Positions 14,266 to 28,222 are shown, counted from the stretch's first letter. The stretch: 64,000 nt of DNA from Camelus dromedarius (GCF_036321535.1 NC_087436.1:52826001-52890000); one strand, 5' to 3'. The notes: generated by a model not told the origin, from the sequence alone. Translations and numbers: made by a program.

Positions 14266-14750
14266 GACAACAAGGCAGACTGAAACAGCACTAAAAACAT
14301 TGACCAGCTTAAACTAGTTTTGCATCCTAAAATACATTGATAGGTTAATCAAACTCTGAGTTATTTTACAGAGGCACCACCGTGCATGTGCAAGATGGGT
14401 ACCCTTGTCTCCAGGATGACCCTGGAACCAAGAATCTTCAGTCTATGGAGCTTAAAGAATAGAAGTATTGCCACTCTTTACAAAGCGAGAAGTTCTTCAG
14501 TAAGGAAAACCTGGCTTCCTGCAGCACGAATAGTTCATAGACTCAAGACTAGCCAGTCAGCTTCCAAGTTTGAAATTCTCCTAACCCTTTAAATTTCACC
14601 CCGAACCTTGGGTTATGGAGACATATTTGAGAGCCTTGCCTCTTGTCTTCTTGCTGGTCAATTTCACAATAAAGCTCTTTCTTTTCTCAAAAGCAAGTGG
14701 CATAGTATTGGCTTCTGTGTGCACTGGGCAACAGTCCCTTGCTCTGTAAC
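14266..14750 (+). mobile_element. Solo ERV LTR
   Basis: TG start, internal aataaagctc poly(A) signal and ...gctctgtaaca end. Confidence 0.6.
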
Positions 14751-16169
14751 AAGACCTGCCTTGAAGAGAAAAAGGATCAAGATATCAAAACAGCTAAACA
14801 AGGAATCTGGGAGCATCTAGAAGGGAGCAAAGTTTCAACCACTATGATTGGAGCATACAGGAAGAAGGAAGGAGGTCAGTAGAGTCACAGTGTCTCTGAG
14901 CCAACAAAAATATACAAGTTCTCTCCCTCTCTCACTCCCTCTCCCTACCTGCCTCTCTCCCTTGCTTGTTTCTTGCTTTTCCCACTTGAATCTTTCCCCA
15001 GCTACAGAAAGGAAAGGTAGAGCATTGCTTTGGCTTCAGGGGATTCCTGATCCTACCTTCTCTCTGGTTTTGCAGGAAGGGTTCGACTTCAACCCTAATG
15101 GATTGGCCGGTCAGGTCCTATCTAACACTCAAGTGATGTAAAAGTCAAAATAAAAGTGGTTTTATAGCAAGTCCTTATATAGCCTTTCTAATTGTTACAC
15201 TTTTTCAATTATTTTACTTGCTTTATTTCAGCAACAATGAACTATTAAAAGACATTATTTGCACTCTAATGTAAACAAAATCAATAATAGTTGGAGATGC
15301 TTATAGAAGTCATCTGAAAGTTTTTTTTTGAAAAATAAATTAATGCTAATTTAGAGGTGATTTTTATGATATATCTTCACAGTGGCAGGTTTTGTTTGTC
15401 ACTGTCAGAAGCCTTTGAAATATTACTGTAGAATGCAATGCAGTAAAGTGGGTATCACTGTGAAGGTAAAAAATGCACATTTACATGATGGTCGAAATTG
15501 TCCTAATATTATGCAAATTCATGGCTCAAGATAAAATTTTCAAAGTTATGTCTCAAACAAAATAGGCTGAAATGACAACTACATCGTCCTGGAATATGTA
15601 AGGGGAACCTGACAGGAATACTTACCAAGATCCCAGTGAAGAATTTGGTTTGTGGATTTGGGATTTTCTACATTGAAGAGTTTCAAATTGCCTCATAAAA
15701 TATAAAATCAGGAGAAAAAAACACCTTTGACCATTTTATCTACACCCTTTAAAAGTTTATGTGTTCAAGTTTGGACAAAGAGCTTGAGATTCAGTCATCG
15801 TGTATGTGCAGATAGAGTAAACTTGACACTTCAAAGCAAAACAAGTATTTTAAACACAGCTGAATCATTTTGCTGAATTTTAATGTGGCACTTTTGTCAT
15901 CCTCACATTATTTCTGAATTTATATTCCCAGGAGAGAATTTTGCTACAACCTAAGTGCAATAAATACAGCTCACTATATTTATGGTTAAAAATACCCCTT
16001 TAAAGGATAAGAGTATGTAGCTTGTGCTTAAAAAAATAATAATAATATTAGGGCTGAGTTGTTGGGTAAGGGCTGTTCTCACTGTGTACTAGTAACAAAC
16101 CCATGTACTAGCTCTTGGAGCATCTTTGAATTTATTAGGAAGGAGATATTAATGATTCGGGGGAATAAT

Positions 16170-16390
16170 GTTAGACAAACTAGTTAAGAAGTTCAAAACC
16201 CTATTCTACCACTCACTCTATGACCCTGCACGTATTACTTAACTTCTCCACACCTCTGTTTCCACATCTGTAAAATGGGAATGATAATACTACCCGCCTT
16301 ATAAGGCTTTTACAACGAGTGAAGGCTGACATACTTGTAAAGCAGTTAGGAAAATACCTTCCACAGGGCAGGTGCTCAATAACTGTGAGC
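16170..16390 (+). mobile_element. MIR; others at ~9960-10085, 10930-11130 and 51660-51950
   Basis: MIR core acttaacttctccacacctctgtttccacatctgtaaaatgggaatgataata. Confidence 0.75.
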
Positions 16391-16549
16391 TCTTAATACT
16401 TCAACCTTTTCCCTTTTGTTGATAATATTCACAGCCTTTTAATTTTTGCCCATAAAAGCCTTTCTGTAAGACAAAAAAAAATGCATACAATAAAATACCA
16501 TAGAAACTTAATAGAGCAGAAAATTGAAATGTGGAGAGATGAAAACAAG

Positions 16550-16555
16550 TTTATT
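16550..16555 (-). promoter_or_regulatory. Candidate polyadenylation signal of the Sel1-repeat gene
   Basis: AATAAA on the minus strand about 400 nt after the stop; a second one at 16131-16136. Confidence 0.4.
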
Positions 16556-16956
16556 TTAAGCAGAATATCACATGATGAAGCTAATGATGAGTTTAGTTCC
16601 TTCACAGGGGATCTGTGGGTGCCAACTCTCACATCCAAGAAGCCAGATCTCTGGTGTGACAGGTTTCTTCCTTCTTTCCCTCCCACCACTTCAGAGAATG
16701 CTTACTGGCTTGAAACTTAGCAGTAACGAAATCCAAAGAAAATACTCCTCCATCCAGAAGAGGTCAAACTCGGGTCTCAGGAAAACATGTAAACGACACC
16801 TTGCATAAAGGACTTTGAACAGCCGATTGAAGGCGCAGCAGCGTATAAAACTAACTAAAAGCCACTTCCACTGACAGTTCCACAAAGCAGTGCAGGACCA
16901 CAATGGACAAGTGAGAGTCACATTTTCTATTCCAGAAAGAGTATGCAGGATACACA

Positions 16957-17089
16957 TTAGTGTTTATAAAAACTCCCCGTTCTTTTAGTTGGCAAGAGCT
17001 TGCTTTTTGTCCCGATAACATTCTCCAGAAGTTCCTGGGCTTCTTGGATCCCCTGTCTTGCAGCAACATTAAGGAGCATCTCTACGTCC
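16957..17089 (-). CDS. Exon 5, coding part: end of Sel1 repeat 2, capping helix and stop
   Basis: Acceptor taactgcctttcctAG. Encodes (G)DVEMLLNVAARQGIQEAQELLENVIGTKSKLLPTKRTGSFYKH; TAA at 16959-16957. Confidence 0.88.
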
Positions 17090-20000
17090 CTAGGAAAGGC
17101 AGTTACTTAGTAGTGTAAAGAAAGAGTACACCAAAAGAACCTGCATGTCCAAGTGTTTAGGCTAAGGGCCAGGTTAACACCTGTTTAGACTCATTCTAAG
17201 GTACTAAGGGAAACACATGCCATTTCACCTGGGTTTCATCATGAATGTCTTCATAATAAAATCAAAGCTACCCTAAGAAATTGTATTACAACATCAGAGT
17301 CCAGCTGGACACTTTGCCTTATTTAGGAAAGGTTTTCCTAGCCAAGACTCTTAGGTAATGTCTGACACACTCCTCTCTTGCAAGCAAATTTTGTATTTTG
17401 GTTTGGGGTTGGTAACTGGAGAGGGGCTCCATTCAACCTACCATCAGTCAGTTGTAAAACTGCCAACCAGCAGCTGTAAAAGAGAACATATTGACTGCAC
17501 CATTTTGAGTTGGTGGTTTCAAAATGGTCATTTCAAAGTTTCATTACCAAGTAACGCATGCAACCAATAGCCCTGAGTATTATACCAATTTCCAAGACTC
17601 ACCCCATCTTCCAGCCCTTCACCGAGACTCCCTCTTTCTGAACCTTGCCTCCTCCTCAGCTTGAAGGAGATTAAGGGATGGAGTTGCGGGAGGGGGTTGT
17701 ACACATTACTTGGCAATGGAGTATATGTCAGTTACATTGCTTAAAAAAACAAGCTGCAGGTTTAGTGGTTTATTTGATGGGCCCTATCAAATGTCTCTGA
17801 CTCAAAATAGCTGCATAAAAATATCACAAACTATGAACTATTCGAAAACATTAAGAAAAACTTCCCCAGAGAAAATAGAAGTATTTCTCCTGATAACTGT
17901 GAGTAATTAGAAGAGGATTAGTCCAACAAACACAAGGGGAATTTGTACCCAAGGAGGGCTGTCCATCTTCATATTCTTACTTGTTCCATGCTGTTTATAA
18001 GAAAATGCTCTAAGGCTGTAAAGATGGTACTCCAGGGAGCTGAGAAATTCACAGGAGACCGTAAGGATCATGGAATAACCTGGCCTTTCATCTCGTGCTT
18101 GTGGACCTTAAGAATGTATTCAGTGGGCTTTATGCATGTGCATGAATCTTGGATTCATTTGCTTTGTACTTTTATTATAACTCATAGCCATATAAGTAGA
18201 TAAAAAGGCAAGTGTGGGAAGTGAACTATATATAAAATGCTTTTGTCTGTCAATTGCAGGTAACATATGGGGGCAGGTTTAGAAAGAATGTCATCTCAGC
18301 TGGAAGGGAGAAGACAGCTAGTTTCCTTACCCTACTGCCATGGATCCAGTCATGTTTTTCAGTTTTCCTACTGCAAGGTTAAAGGAAGCATGAGGATGGT
18401 CTTGCTGGGAGGCTTGTCTGAAAAAGAAAGGAAAAGGAAAGGGGAGTGGTGATGGGGTTGGGGAGGAGTATGCAGTAAAAAACAAGGAAATAATCTTATG
18501 AAGATGCACCCCCTTAATAAAACCAAGGGCAGTGCCAATACAGATATGTAACCATTACTGGAAACCATTACTTCCATCATACCATATATCTGGACAAATG
18601 TTAATAGGCCTCTTTCATTAAGAACAATGTATCTTACTTGAAACAAATACAATACTTTTTAAAAAACTGATGTTGTTAGAATACTTAAATCACTTATTTG
18701 TTCCAAACCTGTTCATCAGCTTTTCCAAATATTAGAATAATTTTTCTCTCCAAAAGATACAGGAAATCAGAGGACCATCTGGGAATGTTAAGAATTCAGT
18801 AACATGTAGCTGATTCTTAAGCACTATTTCCAGTTGCTGAACTATAAATGTAATATGCCAGAACTTTACAACAGAACTTTCCCCAAAGATGGAAATGTTC
18901 TATGTCTGTGCTGCCCAATACAGTAGCCACTAGCCACATGGGGCTACTGAACACTTGAAATGCAGATAGTGCAACTGATGAACTGAATTTTTCATTGTAA
19001 TTCATTTAAATTTAAATGACCACATGTGGCTAATGGCCATCATGTCAGACAGTACAAACTATATAATTATTGCCTTGTTACTTTGCAGTTCTTTTCCTAT
19101 TAATTGTAATTGGGGGAAAAAAAGTTGCCCAAAATACAAAAAAAATGTACAAAGTTTACTATTTTTAACACACAAACATTCTGAAAAGTGAGTAGGAACA
19201 TAACCATATCCAGTAGAAAAGCAGGCAGACTGCATGAATAGGCTTTTTGCAGGAAAAAGAAAAAATTTAAATTACAATAGATATTTAGAAAAGAAAGCTT
19301 CACAACTGATCAAGAAAAAAATGGAATGAGGCACTTTTTGTTGTTATTTGAGTTGGCAAATACAACAAATAATTAAAAATAATATTCATAAGCTGATGAA
19401 CATTTATACTAGAGTGAAATTGGACAATTTTCAGGATAGTTTGGTAACACATATCAAAAGCTTTAGAAATGATGCTTGTCTGACCTGGTAATTCCATTTT
19501 TAGTGATTTTTTTGTTTAGTAAAGAAATAATCAGATGTGCAAAAAGATGTATATGAAAGGCTCTTCCCAGCAGCAGTCTGTGATAGTAAGAAACCAGAAA
19601 AAGGACTAAGCAAAAACAGTGAAATATTCAAGGAAACTAAGGTATATTATACATACATTAATTGAAAAAAGTCTACAAGAATCCTCACTGAAATGTCAAA
19701 AGTATTTTTTACTGTGCTATGATTCAGGTGATTTTTGGTGTTTTCAATATTTTCCTCATTAGGCATAAGTTATTTTATAAGTCATAAACTATAAAATCTA
19801 TTTTTAAAATACACTGGGGGGGGGATCTTGCCTTTGTGATGCTTTTCCCACCCCATTTCTGACAGTGGAATCCATCACTGAAAGATGGAACAATTTTCAA
19901 ACTGCTCTTTAATTGTAAGGTCCCATGTAAGGAAGGCCCGGCTTACAAATTACTGTTTTGGGCAACACTTCCAAAACTTTAATGCAGAATCTTGTTAAAA

Positions 20001-23000
20001 TGAGGATTCTGCTTCAGTAGGGCCAGGGTAGGGCCTCAGGTGCTGCATTTCTAACCAGTGCCCACCTGGGGAAGCCAGTGCCACAGGTGTGTGGCCTCCA
20101 CTCAGCAGCAAGGGCTTCAGCTAGGTACACGTGAGCACAAACCTCATGTAGCCACTCTGGAGCTGTGTCATTCCATCCATGATTCTCAAAGGTACTTCTT
20201 CTGCTGGCAGGTGATCTTGATCAGAATATCCATTTCAAACTTCATATTGAAGTGTGTTACTAAAACAGTTTCCTCTGCTGGTTTGCGTTCACTTTATAAA
20301 CCAGTGTAGACTTCTAGAGTAGTGGTTGGACCTGGCTGCACAGCACCGTCACCTGAGGAGCTTTTTCTGCACAATTCAGCCGACCTGGAGCTGGGCGTTA
20401 GCATGTTTCAAGAGCTCCCCAGGGGATTCTGCTGTGTAGCCAAGTGTGTCACCCACTGGTCTAGCGAGAAAAATGGGAACATCTGAGAAGGATGGTCTCG
20501 TCAGTACACGGGCAATGCCAAAACCATAGCCGTGCTCACTTTTCTCGCAGATAACCAGACACTTCCCAGAATCATGAGACTCTGTATCAGCATTACCTAA
20601 CAGAAATATAATGCAAGCTGTGTGTAATTTTAAATTTCCTGATAGCCACACTAGAAGTTTTAAAAGAAGTAACTAAAATTAATTTAAGTAATATATCTTA
20701 TTTAACTCTATATATCCAACACATAATTATATCCACCATTCAACATGAAATCAATATAAAGAATTCTTAGTGAGATATTTTATATTCCTTCCTTCTTAGG
20801 AAATCTTGGAAATTCAGTATGTACTTTACATGCACAGCACATCTGCATTCAGACTAGTCACATTTCCAGTGCTCAGTGGCCTATGTGACTAGTGGCTGGC
20901 ATATTGGACAATATAGCTTTAGAGAGCACTGCAGCAAAATGCCACCTTGGGGGTTTCCACTTTTGATTAAATTGAGACTTCATGAACCCAAAGCCAGCTC
21001 TCTATATTAAGTGACTTTGGCTTTCGACCTAACTTGTCCTTGCTTTCTGCCACAGTCTCCATGTAGAATGGAGTTTCTAACATCTCAGAGCTTATTTATT
21101 TCCATTCTCTAACATTTGGAGTGTCAGACAGAGTGTTCAAGTGTATGTTTCCAAAGTTATTCCTACTTTCTGAAACTGCAGATATAATATGAACTATTTT
21201 TCTGTGAGGACTCAACAAGCCGATGCTACACAATCAGAGCCACAGAAGCTGCCTGGGGAAAATTTTGCACACTGAATACAAATCAGTTGAATAAAATTTA
21301 GAGCAAAAGATGGAATAAATGAAAGGTAAGATGTATTTCTACTTTTAAATTTCATGTGAATATGTCTCTTATGATCACAGGAGCTCAAAACTTTAATAAA
21401 CAAGGTAATGCTAATACAGAGCACTGTTAAATTATTGATGTTCTGAATCTTGACCTAGACGGTACATATTCTCCAAATTAGTTCCTTTAAAGCTAATCTA
21501 TTGTTTGCTTACACTGTGTAGACTTCTTTTATTTTTAATTTTTACTTTTTGGAGCAGAAGAAGGTTTATTGCAGGGCTAAGCAAGAAGAATGGGTGGCTC
21601 ATGCTTGAAAACCCCAAACTCCTAGGCTTCTTTTAAATGCATCAGCCACATCACCTGCATCACTACTCTTACCTCACCATCAAGTGGAAAAAGTAAAGAA
21701 GTTACCAAGACTTTAATATTAAGAAACTTTACCTTATTTTTATTATAGGGGAAAAGCACCAAAATCATAAGATTCTGTATTTCAGCACTTTCTCAAGTGA
21801 TAGCTCTAGAGTTTTGCTTTTGGCAAATGTCGTCTTTCTTACCTAAACCAATGCATTGCCATCTCTTCATCCTTCACCACACCAGCTCCTGGGAAAAACC
21901 AAAAAGTATCATAGAAAAAAAGGGACTCAGTTAACTGCTTGATACTAAAATCTTCTATGAACCTATAGATACAGAAACCTAACCAGTAAACCCCTCCCTG
22001 TCCCTTTCAACTAGTAGAATGAGCACCAGAGGAACAAAGAAGTTACCTTTCAAGTATCTCTGGCCAACAATATGCTGAGCACTGGGGTACCCAAAGTGAG
22101 CATAAAGATGTGCCACATGGAAATGGAAGCTCTGGGAAAACAGCCAGATGTAAAGCAGAGAAATGACGCTTCCCATTATGACCAAGAGCTGCAAAAAAAA
22201 AAAAGAGAGAGAGAAGAAGACAAATAGTGTGAGGATATACTTCAGATATGGTTCAGATGTAGGAGGAATGAGTATATTCTATGAGAAAGGCATTTCAGGA
22301 TGAGATGCATGTGATTTAAAGATGAAGGGTGTCCTTTATAGGTCTCTGTTGTATAGGGGAAAAATGTACTGTCACTAGTCTTTTAACTTATTTTCAGTCA
22401 TTCTGACATGTACTTTTTCTGAGTGGTGCAATATAACTGGATTGGGTAATTAACTAGGATTGCAAGCTGACCAATAAGATCTTGGCTGTTTATAAAAGGG
22501 AAAAAATGGAGACAGAAACAAAAGAGGGTGTAGAAAATAGAATATGTTTGCCATTTCGGCAGAAATATGGGGGCAGTTCTAAAATGGGAGGGAGGTCCTG
22601 CCCTGCTCTGCCACGGTCTGGAGAACCCATAGCCCTGGTCCATTTTTGCAATACTCTCAGCTGATTCTACAGAAGTGAAAGACCGTCAGATGGTACTTCC
22701 AGCTTCCTCCCTAAAGAGGTCTGGGTGAGCCAGCGGGCCTTCAGAAGATGAAGGAAGTTGGGAACTCACAGTTTGCTTAGGGCTGCCATAGCAAAATATG
22801 ACAAACCAGGTGGCTTACACAACAGAATTTGATTTCCTCCGCATCTGTAGCTGGATATTCCAGATCAAGGGGTTAGCAGGGCTGGTTTCTTCTTTCCCTT
22901 GGACTTATAGATGACTGTCTTCTCCCTGTCACTTCTCATCATTTGTTCTCTGCACATCTGTCTCCAAATTTCCTCTTCTAATAAGGACACAAATCATGTT

Positions 23001-24145
23001 GAATTAAGGCCCACCTTAATTATCTTATTTTAGCTTAATTACCTCTGTAAAGATCCTGTCTCCAAATACAGTCACATTCTGAGGTACTTGGGGTTAGGAT
23101 TCTGACATATGAGTTTAGGAGGGACAAAACTCAACCCACATCGGTAGCCTAGGCTGGCAGTAGGGGGATAGATTCTGAAAGAACTGGTGCATTAGCAGGA
23201 GCTTTGACATCAATATTCTCTAGCAGCTCTAACATGCCACTCAGCTCTCCTCAAGAAGCCCTCCTAAGTGAAGTCCTTTCCCATCAGTAGCTTATACACC
23301 AGGAATGGATTGATGCCCAAACAAGTTTATATTGTCCAACAACTGAATCAGCATGGCCATTACTGGTTCCAGAAACGTGGCAAACACTTTCTGAGATGTC
23401 AGTTCAGCAGGTATCCATGCCTGACAGGGAACTACATCCTGTGGGGCAGACTTGAAATGCAGCAAGACCACAAAGTGCTCCAGCAGCACGGACGGTGCAG
23501 GGGCCCCAGGCCATCTCCTGGCCACACTCAGCTGAGTAGGAAGGAGCTTATACATTGAGAAAAAAAAGTACAGTGGGGTTGACAACTTCCCTTTCAGATG
23601 TGATTCTGCTTCTAAGAGAAGATAAGAGTGCAGCTTCAAACCTGAAACCCCAGCTCTCCAGTGCTGCCGTGAAAGGTAAAGTTCTATCACTGATTCCAAG
23701 ACCAAGAGAGGAGCTTGGAAACAGACTTTTTAACTTCACTCTTTCAGCCAAACAAACCCATCAGGGATTGAAGACTTGAAGAACAGAAGGGGTTTTGCAG
23801 ACTTTAATTTAGAATCACTGTAACTATGAAACAAAGATCATTAAATATTTTTATTGTCACATTGAAGATACAAGAGAGAAGAAAATAGCATAATCCAATA
23901 TGGACAAAATTATAAGTTATAAATAGAAGTTATAACTTATAATTTTGTCCATATTAATTAATATAAGTTATATTAATTAATATAAGTTATAACTTCATAC
24001 TTACAAGTTATATATTATTATGTATATTATATATTATTCTAAATAATTTCCATAATATAATTTCAACTTTGACAACATGTCTCTTCTGTCATTAGGGAGT
24101 TGTTGGTCATTCACAAGAACGTATGGCAAAGTCTTCGGGTCAACC

Positions 24146-24179
<34 letters not shown>

Positions 24180-26856
24180 TGTCTTAAGGGGCATTTTAAA
24201 TTTTTTATCCTCTTATTAGGGCATCCAAAATCATCTCTATTGATTCTGCTTCATGAACAGATGATCCTGCACATATTTCTATATGTTACAAGGTTTCACA
24301 GCAGATGAGTGTCTGTTTTGAAACTCCTCAAATCCTTTTTGAAATTATTTAATTTATTCAGTATTTATTTTGAATGTGTCTGACACTGTTCTCATCATTG
24401 TGAATAAAAGAGTGAACAAAAGAAGCAAAATTCACTGGCCTATTGTAGCTTATATTATATTTAGGGTGGAAAATGAAGGAACAGACAATAAATTAAAAGT
24501 AAGTAAAATGTGATGTATTGGATGGTAATAAGTGCACAGGGAAAGAACAGAAGGAGACTAGGGAATGATGTAAGGCAGGGCGTACAGGTTTTAAAAGGAT
24601 GGATGAAAATGGTGAGCCAAGAAAAATAGAAAAGGGATGTGTGGTTGCAGCTCTGTCTAATGGTGTGAACCCCAATGAGCATCACAGGATGTCCAGAAAG
24701 ATTTGAGAGAAGTATATCAGCAAAAAATACTGCCAGCTTTAACCCAAAGGGACAGAGATGATACAAAATGAAAAGAGGTCACTGGACCCCCAGTTTCCTA
24801 CTTGCAAGATGCAGGCTAAGAAAACTACTCACTTGCAAACACATGCTACCTGTCATGAAGAAAGGAAGGATGAATCAGAGAGTGGAACCAAGAGCACAGA
24901 GGATGGACCCAAAAGCCATGGAGAATCATCCCCAGACCTCAACCAAGGAACTTCCAGTCTTTGCCTGGCTAGACCTCAGAACTGCTTTGGACTGAGAACT
25001 CCTTTGTGGCTCCCATGTTTCCCCCTTTTTGAACTGAAATGTTTATGGGAGTTTTCCATGCCCGTCCCACCCATATTGGATGTGTGGAGTCAGATGCCTT
25101 GTCTCTATCGTCTCATAGGTCACAGATAGAAACTGTATTCAGGGAGTTGTGCTCAAGGAACAATATATGGAGAGCCTCATTCACACCAGCGATTTTCAGA
25201 GCCACCAGAAGCTAGGAGAGAAGCATGGAGTGGATTCTCCCTTAGAGCCCCTGGATATAACCAAACCTACCGTTGACTTAATCTCAGACTTCTGGCCTCC
25301 TGAACTGTAAGAGAATACATTTCTGTTGTTTTCAGCCACTCAGTTTGTGGCAAACCTTTATTACGGCTGCCCTGGGAAATAAAGACACCCTCCACAACAA
25401 AGGCTAGGCAGGCTTACTGTTTGTTATAAAAGATTTGGATTCCCCCAAATCAGGGTTCCTATGCTGTAATTTGACCTGCAGCACGTGCAGTGTAACCTGA
25501 CTTTACTGCCATCACCCCGTGGAAACTGGTGCAAATACTGATACTCTGGATACTGCTATCGCTGTAAAAAACAGCCCTTTATCTCTGACCCAACAGCCTC
25601 ATGGCTTTTGCCAGCATCCATGAAACTGTGGAAGGTTGACTTGTTATCTTACACACAGGTAAAATCTCAGACTCTATAGATCTTCACAGGGCCCTCAGAA
25701 CTAACTGATGAATTGATGCAAAGAGTAAGATAAATAGAAAAATCAAGGATAATCTCAAGGTGCATGACCTGAGCAACAGGGTGAATAGCAGTTCTATTTC
25801 CTGAGATGGGGCAGAGTGTGGGGGAAAGAGGCATCTCGTATCTTCATATTCTGTGCTTTGATTATTCCCTGAACTTACTGAAAGCTCTGTATAGTTAAAT
25901 CAGCACCCGCAGTGCACTTAACTGTTCTAACACTCAGCTTACATTTCTCTATGTTGTCTCCCAAACATGACGCTTGGACATTTGTTAAAAATCAAAAGCA
26001 ACATATCTACATCATATCTATTAAAATCTATCTCATAGCTATTCCATTTAGAAAAAAAAAAACAAGGTTTGTCGTCTGCAATTTTATTTGGGTGCACTGC
26101 TGGCACATATGGTCACTAATTCCTTGTCTTAAGCATTTACAACCCATGTTGTAATACCACTCTTTCTGATTACTCTGATCACTAAATATCATGATCAATA
26201 AATCAGAAATTCACTTAAAGTTGCTGTGGTCAAGTGGCTTTGATTTTTTTACCTTTATCAATGGTGTTAGTTGCCAATGAGTTTGCTGCTTTAAGATCCA
26301 GTAAGGACAGATCATGTCACATTAAAAAATTGGGCTATTAAAACTCCAGCTATAGGAGTTCTGTGAATTATCAAATATCTTATCTGGATATTCCCTCTCC
26401 TTCTCATCTCCCCTTCCTTTTCCTATCTTTTCTTCCCTGCCCTCCCATCCTTTCCCACCTTGGAGATGTCAGTGAGTCCAGAGTCCAAGCAAGACCAGTG
26501 GTAAGGGGGTGGGCGCAGAGGAGGCTACTGAATGGTTGGAAAATTGATTGCAATGAGAAAATTGGTTAAAATGAGGAAACATTGTAAGCATTGAGCATAT
26601 AAGGAAATATATTGAAGATAACAAAAACCACATTTCTTACTGTCAAAGAGGAATTTACAACATATAAACAGCCTGCTGGAAAGAATTCCAAGGCATAGGA
26701 TTGAACTTAAAATTTCAACTTGAAATCAAGTTTAAAACACATACACACACACACAGTTATAATTGTATGTGTATGTGTACACACATGTATATGCCTATAT
26801 ATATATATAGTTGTAAAGCTGTATAGTTGTGTATATATATAGTTGTAATGTATATG

Positions 26857-26902
<46 letters not shown>

Positions 26903-28222
26903 TAAATTTCTAGCTCTCTTCACTGAAAAGGCCTGGATGCAGTGACATCTCAGTAGTAATGATCACATTGAACATCCACATTGAGCACTCAGATATTTAT
27001 TTCTAAATACTATCCTCCCCTGAAGAAACCAAGTTTCCTTTAAGAAATGGCTAATTCCAGGGCTGGAATATGGGATTAATAAAATATGGAGTGTATCGTT
27101 ATCCCTGAAAATAATGTTTAGCAAATGATGGGCACATGTCAAAAGGATACAGAAGACAGCTTGAAGAAGACAGAAGAAGGAGTCCCACTGGCCACATCTG
27201 GGACCATTTCTGCATCACAACAAATAATGAGATGATCAGATTTAAAACCACTAACTAAAATTGGAATCCATGAGTCCATCCTGAAGCAAACAAATAGGGA
27301 GAAGGGAAATCTCTTCCTTACAGGAGAATGCCGACTAATAAATGTAAAAAGAGTGATGCAAATAAGGAGTCACCATTTGGCAGCCCTTAGTGTGATGGTT
27401 GACTGAGGTAGAAGTTACAAACAAATACTAAGGCTGATGTGGGAAACCTGATGAAGAACAGACTATTAGTGTAGAATCTTAGAATCCCTGCATACAAATG
27501 TGACTTGATTATTAAAGGAAAATTGAGGACCTTACAGTGGAAATCAGTAGACACAAATGTAAGATCAAAAGGTAGAACAGATCAACATTGCATGGCTTCT
27601 GATATTAGGCACTAAGACGACCATGGTATCGTGTCTGTGATGTTCCTGCTGAGAATGCAACACCAGACATTTCTGGTCACGGGGAAACATCAGACATACC
27701 CAGGTTTAGGTTCATCCTGTAAAATAAAAGTCACATATTCTTTACAAATCAGGGTCTTGAGAGATAGTGCAGTACCAAAACCGTTCCAGATTGAAGGAAT
27801 CCAAAGAGACATGACCATTAAATGTAATGCAAGTTCCTAGACAAAATACTAGACCAAAAAGGGAAAAGAAACATGGCAGGGGGCAGTTGGCAGAATATAC
27901 ATGAAGTTTGTAGACTTCCTGGCCATGTTCAGTCAATGTTGATTTTCTCATTGGCTGAACTGTCTGTTGTTACAGTAGCAGAGTATTCCAGTTTCGGAGA
28001 CATATAACTGGAGTATTTAGGAAGTGGTGGGGCATCAATTCAATGGAGGAGAAAGAGAGAGGAGAGAGAACAAATACAGTGAAGAGTTATCTGACCACTC
28101 ACCCAGACAATGAGCTTTTGTACTATTCTGACAACATTTCTGTAGATTTGAAACTAATCCCCCCCAAATTTTTTTAAACATAGAATAAATCAGAATTCTT
28201 TAAAGATATGTATATACATATG

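Noticed and set aside
16706..16753. MEEYFLWISLLLSFKP followed by a donor, resembling a signal-peptide first exon
   Set aside because: It lies in the presumed 3' UTR, lacks a basic n-region and has no convincing downstream coding exons.
17030..17080. LNVAARQGIQEAQELL read as an ankyrin repeat
   Set aside because: No TPLH motif or beta-hairpin; the 36-aa period and the GxGVxKD...WF context fit Sel1.
18582..18635. 54-nt minus-strand segment with splice-like ends (RYIVLNERGLLTFVQIY)
   Set aside because: Open only as phase 1/1. The exon 3-4 junction is phase 2, where it hits a stop, and it would break the Sel1 repeat.
23292..23705. 137-aa minus-strand ORF in intron 1
   Set aside because: No recognisable motif and no compatible donor before its stop.
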